Assembly (NCBI GenBank): GCA_020721805.1
Contig: DYMB01000006.1
Location: 24,688-88,687, forward strand
DNA: 64,000 nucleotides
Direction of reading: 5' to 3'
Source of the DNA: Acetofilamentum sp.
GTDB taxonomy: Bacteria > Hydrothermota > 32-111
A model generated the notes under the pieces. It was not told the origin of the DNA, ran no database searches, and saw nothing but the letters and a program-made list of their open reading frames with translations. Numbering within the stretch: position 1 is the stretch's first letter; every line of letters begins with the position of its first letter. Shown here piece after piece: positions 16,834 through 26,389 of the stretch. A program made the translations under genes and the position numbers.

Positions 16834-18747
16834 TTAGGGAATTATCATTACCTTTTTAATACTCTTTTCAAAACCTGTTTGAAGTATTACAAGATATAAG
16901 CCTGGTGAGACTTTATTACCATTCGGATTAACATTTGACGAATATGAAGAACTTTTTACGGAAGTAACTCCATTCCATATGAATCCATCGTTATATATTC
17001 CGGGAAGAACATCATCTTTAGAATCGGTATAGACGAGTTTACCATCAAGTGTGTATATATACAAAATGAGTCTTGTTACTTTTCTTTTTATTTCAAATGG
17101 AAATTTTAAATTACCATTTTTAAGAGAATATGGATTTGGATAGGGAGAAAGAAGTCTGTTTGAAACTATTTCAAAAATTTCCTGTGTATCCTTATACATA
17201 ATAGCTTTATAAAAATCAGGCACCCCATAACCAACGGTTTGATTTGGATATTTAGAAAAATATGTTGTATCTGGTATCAAAGAAATAAAAGGCTTTTTAG
17301 CTGTTTTTGTTAAGGATTCGATAACATCCTGTGGAGTCCAATCTGGATGAGCCTGTAAAACAAGTGCACACCCTGCACTCACAAGTGCTGTTGAGCCACT
17401 AGTTCCAAGAATGTAGTTGAAAGAGTTTGAACTATCGGAAACGGTGTATGGCCACTCAGCAAGCGCACATACTTCAGGTTTAAACCTTTGAATCGTAGAA
17501 TCAAGATAAACATCATATGTTGGACCTGTCACAGAATAATGAGAATATACCATAGAATCATCAACACCTCCAACGGTTAAAACATAATTACCATCAGCAG
17601 GCGCTATTATCGATGTATCGGCACGATCTATTCCAACATTTTTAATATTACCGATAGCGTTAACAACAAGTATTCCCATATCTCTTGCGGCTATATTTGC
17701 AACTTTTGTTATTTTTGTTGAATCACCTGTCATCACCGAGTAAGGATACCAATCCTTGTAACCGAGTGAACTTGAAATTATATCGGCACCAAGGGAATCA
17801 GCCCACTGCACAGCGCTTATCCAATTATCTTCCTCTGATACCATTTCAGAATCGGCTATTTCAGTCTTAGCGATAATATAGGATGCTCCAAAAGCAGGAG
17901 AAATAAGTTCTCCAGAGTAATATGATGCCATAAGACCAAGCATCTTGGTACCGTGACTTAACTGATTAACCTCATCGGGTGTACCACCGGAAACTATTCC
18001 AGCAAAATCTCTTTTTTCGATAAAATCATACGATGTTAAAATATCAACATCTTTCAACGCTCTATGGATGGGAATATTTTTATATACAAAAGTTGTTTCG
18101 TAGGGTGTGCTTGAAGAATCGATAACCATAGTTGAATCTTTTAACATTAAAACACCTGTATCAAAAAGAGCGATCAAAACTCCCCTACCCGTGTATCCCT
18201 TATTATGTAATGTGTTTATGTTCAACATCTTTATCTGATTGAATGAATAATCTCCATAGTTATATAGATCATCATCTTTTGTTTCATTTTTACTTTTCTT
18301 TTCAATAACTTTTTTAACTATATAATCCTTCTTTTTCCTCATAATGGCAACAGGTGAAATAGATTTTACAAAATGTAATTTAGAAATTTTTTCTATATCA
18401 TCCCTAGAAGCATAGATCGTTACACCGTTCAACCATTTTGAAACATTTACAATTTTAAATCCCTGTTCTTCAAGAACGGAAATATATTTTTTATTCACTG
18501 GAAGATCGAAATATGTTGCAACAGGCAGATTTTTGTTTCTTCTTCTTTCTTTTGATCTTTCGGAAATATATGTTGGGTTGTTTTTAAAAAAGTTAAGTAT
18601 TTCAGATTTGTTTGTAAACCCCTTATCCTTAAAGATTACCCAAACTTTCAAGGTGTTTCCATCTAACATTTTTTCAAATCCAGTGGCTGAAAATAAAAAG
18701 ATTGAAATTATAAAAAGTGATAAAAATATTAAGGAAATTTTTTTCAT
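16834..18747 (-). CDS. Secreted subtilisin-like S8 serine peptidase with propeptide and C-terminal FlgD-Ig/sorting-type domain
   Basis: Signal peptide; SKWLNGV propeptide motif; triad ALFDTG / HGTKMLG / GTSGS; NAIGN oxyanion; tail PYPNPY...IYTLDGKLV...WNG...GLYLV...KKVMI. Confidence 0.9.
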   Translation of the reverse strand: MKKISLIFLSLFIISIFLFSATGFEKMLDGNTLKVWVIFKDKGFTNKSEILNFFKNNPTYISERSKERRRNKNLPVATYFDLPVNKKYISVLEEQGFKIVNVSKWLNGVTIYASRDDIEKISKLHFVKSISPVAIMRKKKDYIVKKVIEKKSKNETKDDDLYNYGDYSFNQIKMLNINTLHNKGYTGRGVLIALFDTGVLMLKDSTMVIDSSSTPYETTFVYKNIPIHRALKDVDILTSYDFIEKRDFAGIVSGGTPDEVNQLSHGTKMLGLMASYYSGELISPAFGASYIIAKTEIADSEMVSEEDNWISAVQWADSLGADIISSSLGYKDWYPYSVMTGDSTKITKVANIAARDMGILVVNAIGNIKNVGIDRADTSIIAPADGNYVLTVGGVDDSMVYSHYSVTGPTYDVYLDSTIQRFKPEVCALAEWPYTVSDSSNSFNYILGTSGSTALVSAGCALVLQAHPDWTPQDVIESLTKTAKKPFISLIPDTTYFSKYPNQTVGYGVPDFYKAIMYKDTQEIFEIVSNRLLSPYPNPYSLKNGNLKFPFEIKRKVTRLILYIYTLDGKLVYTDSKDDVLPGIYNDGFIWNGVTSVKSSSYSSNVNPNGNKVSPGLYLVILQTGFEKSIKKVMIIP

Positions 18748-18805
18748 CCTCTTCTCCTTATATAGTAAAGATCATAACAGAAGATTGATACTTTTTCAAG
18801 TAAAA

Positions 18806-20077
18806 TCACTTTTGAACTATTCTCAGAATGTCGTTAAATGTAACCAGAAAGGTTAAAAAGAAAAGAACAGATAAACCTATATACTGATAAACCTGCATAA
18901 ATTTTCTGTTTGCCTTTATCCCTGTTACCAACTCGAAAAGGTATATTAGAATGTATGAGCCATCGAGTGGTGGAAACGGTATCAGATTGAAAATAAAAAG
19001 ATTTATTGAAAAGAAAGCAAGAAAAGATAAAAATGTTTCAAAACCAATTTTAAGTGTCTGATCTGTTATGGTGTAAATGGAAACTGGACCACCAAGGTTT
19101 TTTAAAGACATTCTTCCAGTAAAAAGTTGTTTGATAAATTTTAAAATCGAAAAAGATATCTGCCAGATTCTCTCAAAAGATATTTTCAAAGATTTGATAA
19201 ATCCAACTTTCTGAATTTCATAGGAAAATCCTACTCCCAGAAAACCATATTCAACAACTTTTCCATCCACTGTATCTTTTCTGATATCTGGTTTAACGGT
19301 TATCGTTAAAGTATCATTATCCCTTAAAATAAGAAAATTCATTTTTTCTCTATAATTTTCTTTTATTATATTTGAGATATCCTGCCAGGCAAAAATATTG
19401 AAACTATCTATCATCAAGATAAGATCACCCTTTAAAATTCCAGATCTCATTGCTGCAGAATTATTTTCAACAATACCTATCTTTGGAGGAAAAGCGGGTA
19501 TTATGGATAAAGATTCAGGTTTCGTGAGTTTAAATGTAAACTCTCTTTTCTCTTCCTTATTTATAACTTCAAACCTGTTTTCTTCGTTTGGAATCAGATT
19601 TAAAAAAATATCGTTGAAATCCTTAATCTTTACACCGTTGACAATGGTTATCAGATCATTCTTTTTAAAATAATCTTTGTAAGTTCCCTCAACACTGTAT
19701 AATGGTCTATTCTCAACTTTAGCGATACCAAAAAAAAATATCATAAAGAATACTAGAAAGAAAGCAAAAATGAAATTTGCAAATGGACCGGAAAAAATAA
19801 CAAGAATTCTTTTAATGGGAGATTTGTTCATGAAATCATCTTCATCCCTGTTCTGGTTTTCAAAATCTTCCATACCTTTTAATTTAACATAACCACCAAA
19901 TGGAAGAATGGAAAAGATATAATCGGTTTCATTTTTTTTAAATCCGAAAAGTTTTTTACCAAGACCCACCGAGAATGTCAAAACACCTATTTTAAAAAAT
20001 TTTGCAACTATAAAATGTCCAAACTCATGGATAATAACCATTATTCCGAGAATCAAAACCATTACTAAAAAACTCAT
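18806..20077 (-). CDS. rseP: RIP metalloprotease RseP
   Basis: HEFGH, two PDZ-like segments, NLIPFPPLDG. Confidence 0.95.
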   Translation of the reverse strand: MSFLVMVLILGIMVIIHEFGHFIVAKFFKIGVLTFSVGLGKKLFGFKKNETDYIFSILPFGGYVKLKGMEDFENQNRDEDDFMNKSPIKRILVIFSGPFANFIFAFFLVFFMIFFFGIAKVENRPLYSVEGTYKDYFKKNDLITIVNGVKIKDFNDIFLNLIPNEENRFEVINKEEKREFTFKLTKPESLSIIPAFPPKIGIVENNSAAMRSGILKGDLILMIDSFNIFAWQDISNIIKENYREKMNFLILRDNDTLTITVKPDIRKDTVDGKVVEYGFLGVGFSYEIQKVGFIKSLKISFERIWQISFSILKFIKQLFTGRMSLKNLGGPVSIYTITDQTLKIGFETFLSFLAFFSINLFIFNLIPFPPLDGSYILIYLFELVTGIKANRKFMQVYQYIGLSVLFFLTFLVTFNDILRIVQK

Positions 20078-21207
20078 AATTTTTCTCCAATTTTTGTAGC
20101 AAGAATTTTTGCTTTTTCTTCGCTCTCTTTTATATTTTCTATTGTCACTTTTTCAATAAATTTTACAGATCTCATAACCTTTTCGATAAGGGGAACTATC
20201 AAATTAAATTTTATCCTACCATTCAAAAAGAGTTCAACACTCTTTTCGTTTGCGGCATTGAATATTGCTGGCATGTTTCCACCCTTTTCGATCGCTTTGT
20301 AAGCCAATTTTAAAGAAGTATATTTTTCAAGTGGGGCTGGATAAAAGGATATATCGTTTCTATAATCTTCGTTTAACAATTTTAAGGATGGAGAATCACC
20401 TCTATCTGGATGTAAAAGGGCATATTCTATAGGAAGAACCATATCGGGATAAGCCATATGACATATATATGTTCCATCGTTCAACATAACCATTGCATGT
20501 ACTAAAGATTGGGGATGTATCAATACCCCAACCATTTCGGGAGGAAGATCGAACAATCTACACGCTTCTATAATTTCAAGTCCCTTGTTTACCATTGTTG
20601 ATGAATCTATTGTCACTTTTATGCCCATATTCCATATGGGATGTTTGATAACTTCATCATAAGAAAGGTCGGTTTTATTCAGTTTAAAAGGAACTCCACC
20701 GGATGCGGTTATATAACATTTTTTTATCTGCTTTCTATCAATAAAGGAGAGTAACTGCCACAAAGCGGAATGTTCCGAATCAACAGGTTTTATTAAAGCC
20801 CTTTTATTTTTTTTCAACTCTTTTTTTATTATTTCACCATATGAAACTATCGTTTCCTTATTAGCAAGTGCAATAATTTTCCCTCTTTTTATAGCATAGT
20901 AAGTTGGTAAAAAACCTACCGAACCTACAAGAGAATTTAAAACAAGATCGTATTCAAGATTCTTTACAAAATATGTGTTTACATCCCCATCCTGTAACCT
21001 TTTCGATTTATTATTACAAATGATCGTTGAACCATCCTGAATACCTATATTTTTAACTGAAAATTCTCTGGATATTTCAATTAATTTTTCCTTTTTTGTG
21101 TTGGCAGTGATTCCAACAATTTTGAATCTTTTGGGATATTTTCTTATAACCTTTAATGCGCTTGTTCCAATGGAGCCTGTTGCTCCAAGAATTAAAATTT
21201 TTTTCAT
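20074..21207 (-). CDS. dxr: 1-deoxy-D-xylulose 5-phosphate reductoisomerase
   Basis: LGATGSIG, ALANKET, PVDSEHSAL, HPIWNMG, NKGLEIIEA. Confidence 0.97.
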   Translation of the reverse strand: MKKILILGATGSIGTSALKVIRKYPKRFKIVGITANTKKEKLIEISREFSVKNIGIQDGSTIICNNKSKRLQDGDVNTYFVKNLEYDLVLNSLVGSVGFLPTYYAIKRGKIIALANKETIVSYGEIIKKELKKNKRALIKPVDSEHSALWQLLSFIDRKQIKKCYITASGGVPFKLNKTDLSYDEVIKHPIWNMGIKVTIDSSTMVNKGLEIIEACRLFDLPPEMVGVLIHPQSLVHAMVMLNDGTYICHMAYPDMVLPIEYALLHPDRGDSPSLKLLNEDYRNDISFYPAPLEKYTSLKLAYKAIEKGGNMPAIFNAANEKSVELFLNGRIKFNLIVPLIEKVMRSVKFIEKVTIENIKESEEKAKILATKIGEKL

Positions 21208-22043
21208 AAAATTCTATAGTTTATAACAAATATAGTATAGTAATAAATCAATGGAAGTGCAAATAGTACGGAATCGAATCTATCCAGGACACCACCATGT
21301 CCTGGTAAAAATGAAGAAATATCTTTCAACTGTGCATCCCTTTTCATAGCGGATTCTATCAGATCTCCACTCAGTCCACCTATGGATGATATTATCGAAA
21401 GGATAAAGATATCAACAAATAATAATTCTTTAAAATAGAATAGAGAATAGATTGATCCTGAAAGTAATGAAAAAATAAAACCCCCGATAAGACCCTCATA
21501 AGATTTTGATGGACTTATTCTTGGAAGAATTTTATGTTTCCCAAACCTTGAACCAACAAAAAATGCTCCCGTATCGGACATCCAGATCATCAAAAAGGAC
21601 AATACAACAAGTTTTGGGGAATCAAAAAGTGAAAAACTTAATCTTTCTATAAGTATCATATGTCCACCAAGCCAACCGCTGTAGAGAACTCCAAAAGTTG
21701 TCGCGGAGATATATACGATTGATTTATCAGTATCGTTCCTTCTAAGTTCTCTTATGGAAACGAATATTATCAAAACGGTTATAAGAAAATATGTGAAAAT
21801 TGCAGAAGAATAGTTCATTATAAAACTTATCACAATCGATGATAATATTCCAGTTCTCAAATAAGGCTGTAAACCCTTCTCTTTTAAAAGTGTGAAAAAT
21901 TCATATGACATTATACCGATTATTCCAAGGATCATAAAAAGATATGGATACGATCCATAACTAAAGATTGCTAAAAAAAATGGTATGAAAAGAAAAGAAA
22001 CAAATAATCTGTAAGAGAGTTCTTTATTTTTAAATTTTACCAA
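21204..22043 (-). CDS. cdsA: Phosphatidate cytidylyltransferase
   Basis: SDTGAFFVG, ISPSKSYEG, KD...LPGHGGVLDRFDS; start moved to TTG at 22043 (GGGAG RBS). Confidence 0.93.
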   Translation of the reverse strand: MVKFKNKELSYRLFVSFLFIPFFLAIFSYGSYPYLFMILGIIGIMSYEFFTLLKEKGLQPYLRTGILSSIVISFIMNYSSAIFTYFLITVLIIFVSIRELRRNDTDKSIVYISATTFGVLYSGWLGGHMILIERLSFSLFDSPKLVVLSFLMIWMSDTGAFFVGSRFGKHKILPRISPSKSYEGLIGGFIFSLLSGSIYSLFYFKELLFVDIFILSIISSIGGLSGDLIESAMKRDAQLKDISSFLPGHGGVLDRFDSVLFALPLIYYYTIFVINYRIL

Positions 22044-22758
22044 ATCTTCTCTCCCTTTTTGAATAATCCTGAATCGCTTTATCAAACTCTTTTTCGTTAA
22101 AATCAGGCCAAAGAACATAGGTAAAATAGAACTCCGAATAGGCTGTCTGCCATAGTAAAAAATTGGATATTCTAAATTCTCCACTCGTTCTTATAACCAG
22201 ATCAGGATCCGGGACATCAGGGAGATATAAGAACTTTGAAAATTCAATATTATCAAGTTGTTTGATCTGGTTTGTTTTCATCTTCTGACATATACTCTTA
22301 CAGGCATCAACTATCTCCTGCCTTCCCCCATAATCTACTGCGAGTATGAGTTTTAAACCAGTATTTTCTCTTGTAACCTCTTCAGCGTTTTTAATGTTGT
22401 CAATCAATTCCTTTGAGATTTTATCCTTTCTTCCAATGAAATAAACTTTAACATTATTTTTATACAATTCTGGGAGTTCTTGCTTTAAAAGCATTGAAAA
22501 CATTTTCATCAAACTATTGACTTCTCTTTTGGGTCGATCCCAATTTTCAGTTGAAAAAGTGAAGAGTGTAAGATATTTTACTCCGATCTTTGAGGAATAT
22601 TTTACAATTTTTCTAACAGTTTCGACACCCTTTTTATGCCCGTAAATTCTATTTTTTCCTCTCAATCTTGCCCATCTACCATTCCCATCCATTATTATGG
22701 CAACATGAGTGGGAATTTTAATATCATTTTCACCCTTTTTAGTGTTCAAGGATCTCAT
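22030..22758 (-). CDS. uppS: Undecaprenyl diphosphate synthase
   Basis: HVAIIMDGNGRWA, FSTENW, IRTSGEFRISNFLLWQ, RERRFG. Confidence 0.97.
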   Translation of the reverse strand: MRSLNTKKGENDIKIPTHVAIIMDGNGRWARLRGKNRIYGHKKGVETVRKIVKYSSKIGVKYLTLFTFSTENWDRPKREVNSLMKMFSMLLKQELPELYKNNVKVYFIGRKDKISKELIDNIKNAEEVTRENTGLKLILAVDYGGRQEIVDACKSICQKMKTNQIKQLDNIEFSKFLYLPDVPDPDLVIRTSGEFRISNFLLWQTAYSEFYFTYVLWPDFNEKEFDKAIQDYSKRERRFGKI

Positions 22759-23296
22759 TTTCCTTCTTTAAAAGTATTTCATCAACCAGAGAGACATATT
22801 TTTCAGTAATTTTTTGAATCTCTTTTTCCAATCTTTCCTCATCATCCTCGGATGTTTTTCCATCCTTTTTCATCTCTTTCAATTTTTCGATATTATCCCT
22901 TCTTATCTGTCTTATACCTATTTTAATATCTTCTGCTAACTTTTTTAAAGTTTTGATTATCTCTTTTCTTCTTTCTTCAGTTAAAGGTGGAATTGCCATC
23001 CTTATAACATTTCCATCATTTGATGGAGTGAGTCCTATATTTGCTTTTAAAATTTCCTTTTCAATTACAGAAAGAACAGTTTTGTCCCAGGGTTGAACAA
23101 CTATCATTTTTGGATCGGGAGTTGAAATCGTAGCCACCTGATTCAGAGGGGATTTGACACCATAATATTCAACTGTTATTCCATCAAGTAATGAGGGGGT
23201 TGCTTTACCTGTTCTTATCTTTGAAAGTTCACTTTTAAACACTTCTATACTTTTTTTCATAGAATTTTCTGCTTCCAATAAAAGTTTTTCAGGCAT
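22739..23296 (-). CDS. frr: Ribosome recycling factor
   Basis: IRTGKATP, QPWD, PPLTEERRKE. Confidence 0.97.
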   Translation of the reverse strand: MPEKLLLEAENSMKKSIEVFKSELSKIRTGKATPSLLDGITVEYYGVKSPLNQVATISTPDPKMIVVQPWDKTVLSVIEKEILKANIGLTPSNDGNVIRMAIPPLTEERRKEIIKTLKKLAEDIKIGIRQIRRDNIEKLKEMKKDGKTSEDDEERLEKEIQKITEKYVSLVDEILLKKENEILEH

Positions 23297-23305
23297 ATTT
23301 CCTCC

Positions 23306-24022
23306 TTAATTTACAAGAGTACCAATTTTTTCACCTTTGATTATTTTTATCAGATTACCATAGTTTAAAATATTAAAAACGATTATGGGTAATTTATTTT
23401 CCTTACTTAAAGATATAGCTGTCATATCCATCACATTCAATTCTTTTACCAGTACGGAAGAATATTTGATGTTTTTATACATTTTTGCATTTTTATTTTT
23501 AACAGGATCAAAATTGAAGACACCATCAACCTTTGTCCCTTTCAGAAGAACATCGGCTTCTATCTCGGATGCCCTTAACACAGCTGCGGTATCAGTGGTA
23601 AAGAAGGGATTTCCAGTTCCACCGGTAAAGATCACTATTCTTTTCTTTTCAAGATGAGAAATCGCTTTTCTTCTAATATACGGTTCCGCTATCTGTTTTA
23701 TCTCTATAGCCGTCATCATCCTTGTTGAGATTCCCTCTTTTTCTATCATAGATTGTAACACCATGCCATTTATTATAGTTGAAAGCATTCCGGTATAATC
23801 GGCGCTAACCTTGTCAAGATGCAACTGCTTTACCAGATTCGATCCCCTTATAATATTTCCACCACCTATTACAATACCAATTTCCACACCATAATTGTAA
23901 ACCTGAATTATCTCTTTAACAAGAGTTAATAATGATTTTTCAGAAAAAACAGAATTTTTGTCTCCAAGAATTTCACCTGAAAGTTTCAACAGGATCCTTT
24001 TGTATCCTTTAAAATCTTTCAT
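23306..24022 (-). CDS. pyrH: Uridylate kinase
   Basis: RILLKLSGE, GGGNIIRG, GTGNPFFTTDTAA. Confidence 0.97.
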   Translation of the reverse strand: MKDFKGYKRILLKLSGEILGDKNSVFSEKSLLTLVKEIIQVYNYGVEIGIVIGGGNIIRGSNLVKQLHLDKVSADYTGMLSTIINGMVLQSMIEKEGISTRMMTAIEIKQIAEPYIRRKAISHLEKKRIVIFTGGTGNPFFTTDTAAVLRASEIEADVLLKGTKVDGVFNFDPVKNKNAKMYKNIKYSSVLVKELNVMDMTAISLSKENKLPIIVFNILNYGNLIKIIKGEKIGTLVN

Positions 24023-24619
24023 CTACTCTCCGATTTTAAATAAAGAGAATCTTCTCACTATTATGTTTTCTCCAAATTTTGCAATATTTTCTTTTATATA
24101 ATCTTCAACCGTTTTCTTATCTTCGCTACCAAAAAACTGCTGTTTGTAAAGACAGTTATCCTCATAAAATTTTTGAAGTTTATTCTCTATTATCTTTTTA
24201 ATAACATTTTCAGGTTTTTTTGAATCCTTTAACTGCTCTCTGTATATCTCTTTTTCTTTTTCAATAATTTCCGTTGGAACATCATTCTCATTTACAAATT
24301 GTGGCTCCATTGCACCTATGTGTATTGATATCTGATGAGCCATATCAATAAAATCCTGAGTTTTTGCAACAAAATCGGTTTCACAGTTAACCTCAACAAG
24401 AACACCGAGTTTTTTGTTGTAATGTATGTATGAATCTATAACACCTTCGGATGCTACCCTTGATGATTTCTTCGCTGCTTTTAGAATCCCTTCTTTTCTT
24501 AAATAATCTATAGCTTTCTCTATATCGCCCTGACTTTTTATTAAAGCATTTTTACAATCCATTATTCCAAGTCCTGTTCTTTCTTTTAGTTCTTTAATCA
24601 TGTCCATCGATATATTCAT
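24023..24619 (-). CDS. tsf: Elongation factor Ts (short form)
   Basis: [27 protein letters not shown]; 198 aa. Confidence 0.96.
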   Translation of the reverse strand: MNISMDMIKELKERTGLGIMDCKNALIKSQGDIEKAIDYLRKEGILKAAKKSSRVASEGVIDSYIHYNKKLGVLVEVNCETDFVAKTQDFIDMAHQISIHIGAMEPQFVNENDVPTEIIEKEKEIYREQLKDSKKPENVIKKIIENKLQKFYEDNCLYKQQFFGSEDKKTVEDYIKENIAKFGENIIVRRFSLFKIGE

Positions 24620-24638
24620 AATAAAATCTCCTTTTAAA

Positions 24639-25451
24639 TTATTCTATCCTTTTTTTTCTTTTTATTCTTTCAATTTTAGTATCATCGGAATCTATTTCTT
24701 CCTCATCCGTTTCACCTGGGACTCTTGTTTGAGAAACTTCCTCAACTTTCTTTTTATCCAGATAATCTTTTCTTTCAAGCAAACCCTGATTTACAGCATC
24801 ACTTATGACCCTTGTTATTATTTCTATAGATTTTATAGCATCATCGTTACCAGGTATCGGTATGGTTATATTATCCGGATCAGAGTTAGTATCGACTATC
24901 GCAACTATTGGTATTCCCATAAGGTTTGCCTCATTTATAGCGATTTTATGTTTCTTTGTGTCAACAACATATATCAGGTCTGGTAATCTCGTCATCTCTT
25001 TTATTCCAGAAAAGATCTTTGAAAGTTTCTCTATTTCCCTTTCCTTCATTCTTCTTTCCTTTTTGGTCAGACCTTCATATTCACCCTTCTTAAGACGATT
25101 TTCACTATCTTTCAGTTTATCGATAGTCTTTTTTACGGTAGAGAAATTGGTTAAAAGTCCTCCAAGCCATCTCTCATTCACATAAAAAGAGTTACAATTT
25201 TTTCCCTCCTGTTCAATTATATCCTTTGCCTGTTTCTTTGTTCCTACAAAAAGAATGTTACCACCCTCTGCCATCTTATTTTTAACAAAAGAATGTGCGA
25301 TTTTTAACTGTTCTAAGGTTTTTACAAGATCGATTATGTGAATATTGTTTCTTGATGAAAAGATGAATCTCTTCATCTTTGGGTTCCATCTTTCAATCTT
25401 ATGACCGAAATGAACGCCACACTTTAAAAGTTCCTCAATTGTTACCTTCAT
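24639..25451 (-). CDS. rpsB: 30S ribosomal protein S2
   Basis: [32 protein letters not shown]. Confidence 0.98.
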   Translation of the reverse strand: MKVTIEELLKCGVHFGHKIERWNPKMKRFIFSSRNNIHIIDLVKTLEQLKIAHSFVKNKMAEGGNILFVGTKKQAKDIIEQEGKNCNSFYVNERWLGGLLTNFSTVKKTIDKLKDSENRLKKGEYEGLTKKERRMKEREIEKLSKIFSGIKEMTRLPDLIYVVDTKKHKIAINEANLMGIPIVAIVDTNSDPDNITIPIPGNDDAIKSIEIITRVISDAVNQGLLERKDYLDKKKVEEVSQTRVPGETDEEEIDSDDTKIERIKRKKRIE

Positions 25452-25467
25452 TGAAAACTCCTCCTTC

Positions 25468-25537
25468 GGTTATACTTCCACTGAACCTATGGGAACGGAT
25501 TGACCCGCACCGCCCATAAGATTTTGATCAGTGTGTT
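25468..25537 (-). promoter_or_regulatory. rpsB 5' leader (S2 autoregulatory, t44-like RNA)
   Basis: Minus strand ACACACUGA...CUUAUGGGCGGUGC...CCGUUCCCAUAGG-UUCAGUGGAAGUAUAACC matches the layout of the t44/S2 leader (ACACAC...GGUGC...GUGGA...UAACC) with nested stems. Confidence 0.8.
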
Positions 25538-25548
25538 TAGTTTTTTTA

Positions 25549-25938
25549 TTATCTCTTTGAGAATTGATATCTCTTTCTTGCTTTTGAGAGCCCGTATTTT
25601 CTTCTTTCCTTTTCTCTCGGATCCCTTGTTAAGAATCCATTATCCTTTAAAAGGTTTTTTAAATCTGGATATCTTTTTGCTATGGATCTTGCAATTCCAA
25701 GTTTTATAGCATCTTTCTGCCCGGTTATTCCACCACCATTTACCTTAGCGTAAACAGATATCTTTTTTTCAAGACCACACAATTTTAAAATATTTAAAAG
25801 TTCTTCCCTATGATCAAACCTTTTTATAAAATCTTCAAGTTTTTTACCATTTATCAAAAATTTTCCTTTACCTTCTACCAGCCTAACTCTTGCAACAGAT
25901 TCTTTTCTTCTACCCACAAAAAGATTATTCTCCGCCAA
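25549..25938 (-). CDS. rpsI: 30S ribosomal protein S9
   Basis: GRRKESVARV, GGGITGQ, ERRKYGL..ARKRYQFSKR; TTG start with AGGAGG RBS. Confidence 0.98.
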   Translation of the reverse strand: MAENNLFVGRRKESVARVRLVEGKGKFLINGKKLEDFIKRFDHREELLNILKLCGLEKKISVYAKVNGGGITGQKDAIKLGIARSIAKRYPDLKNLLKDNGFLTRDPREKERRKYGLSKARKRYQFSKR

Positions 25939-25950
25939 AATTTCCTCCTA

Positions 25951-26379
25951 TTATAGTTTGATTTCAATCGGTTTCTGTGCTTTTTGTCTATGATTAGCAT
26001 TTTTGTAAATCTTTAATCTGGTCAACATTTTTCTTGCAAGTTTGTTTTTGGGTAACATTCTTTTTACAGCGAGTAAAAGAACCTTTGAAGGATTCTTCTC
26101 AAGAAGTTCTTTTAAAGTAATCTCTTTGAGATTGCCCATATAACCTGAATGGGAATAGTAAACTTTACTTGAAAGTTTATTACCTGTTACTTTAACCTCA
26201 CCTGCATTTATAACGACAACGCCATCCCCATTATCGAGATCGGGTTGATAGTTAACTTTATTTTTACCCATAAGAATAATGGCGATTCTGCTTGCAAGTC
26301 TTCCCAAATTCTTATCTCTGGCATCGATAAGATACCAGTTGTGTTTTACATCTTCTTTTCTCGTTATAGTTGTTCTCAT
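25951..26379 (-). CDS. rplM: 50S ribosomal protein L13
   Basis: WYLIDA..LGRLAS, HSGYMG, RMLPKN. Confidence 0.98.
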   Translation of the reverse strand: MRTTITRKEDVKHNWYLIDARDKNLGRLASRIAIILMGKNKVNYQPDLDNGDGVVVINAGEVKVTGNKLSSKVYYSHSGYMGNLKEITLKELLEKNPSKVLLLAVKRMLPKNKLARKMLTRLKIYKNANHRQKAQKPIEIKL

Positions 26380-26389
26380 CAGAATCTCC

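Noticed and set aside
22044-22184. Long cdsA/uppS overlap, and similar N-terminal extensions of cheW (36249-36308) and the TPR lipoprotein (27470-27550)
   Set aside because: Longest-ORF artefacts; downstream starts have RBSs and match the family N-termini or signal peptide.
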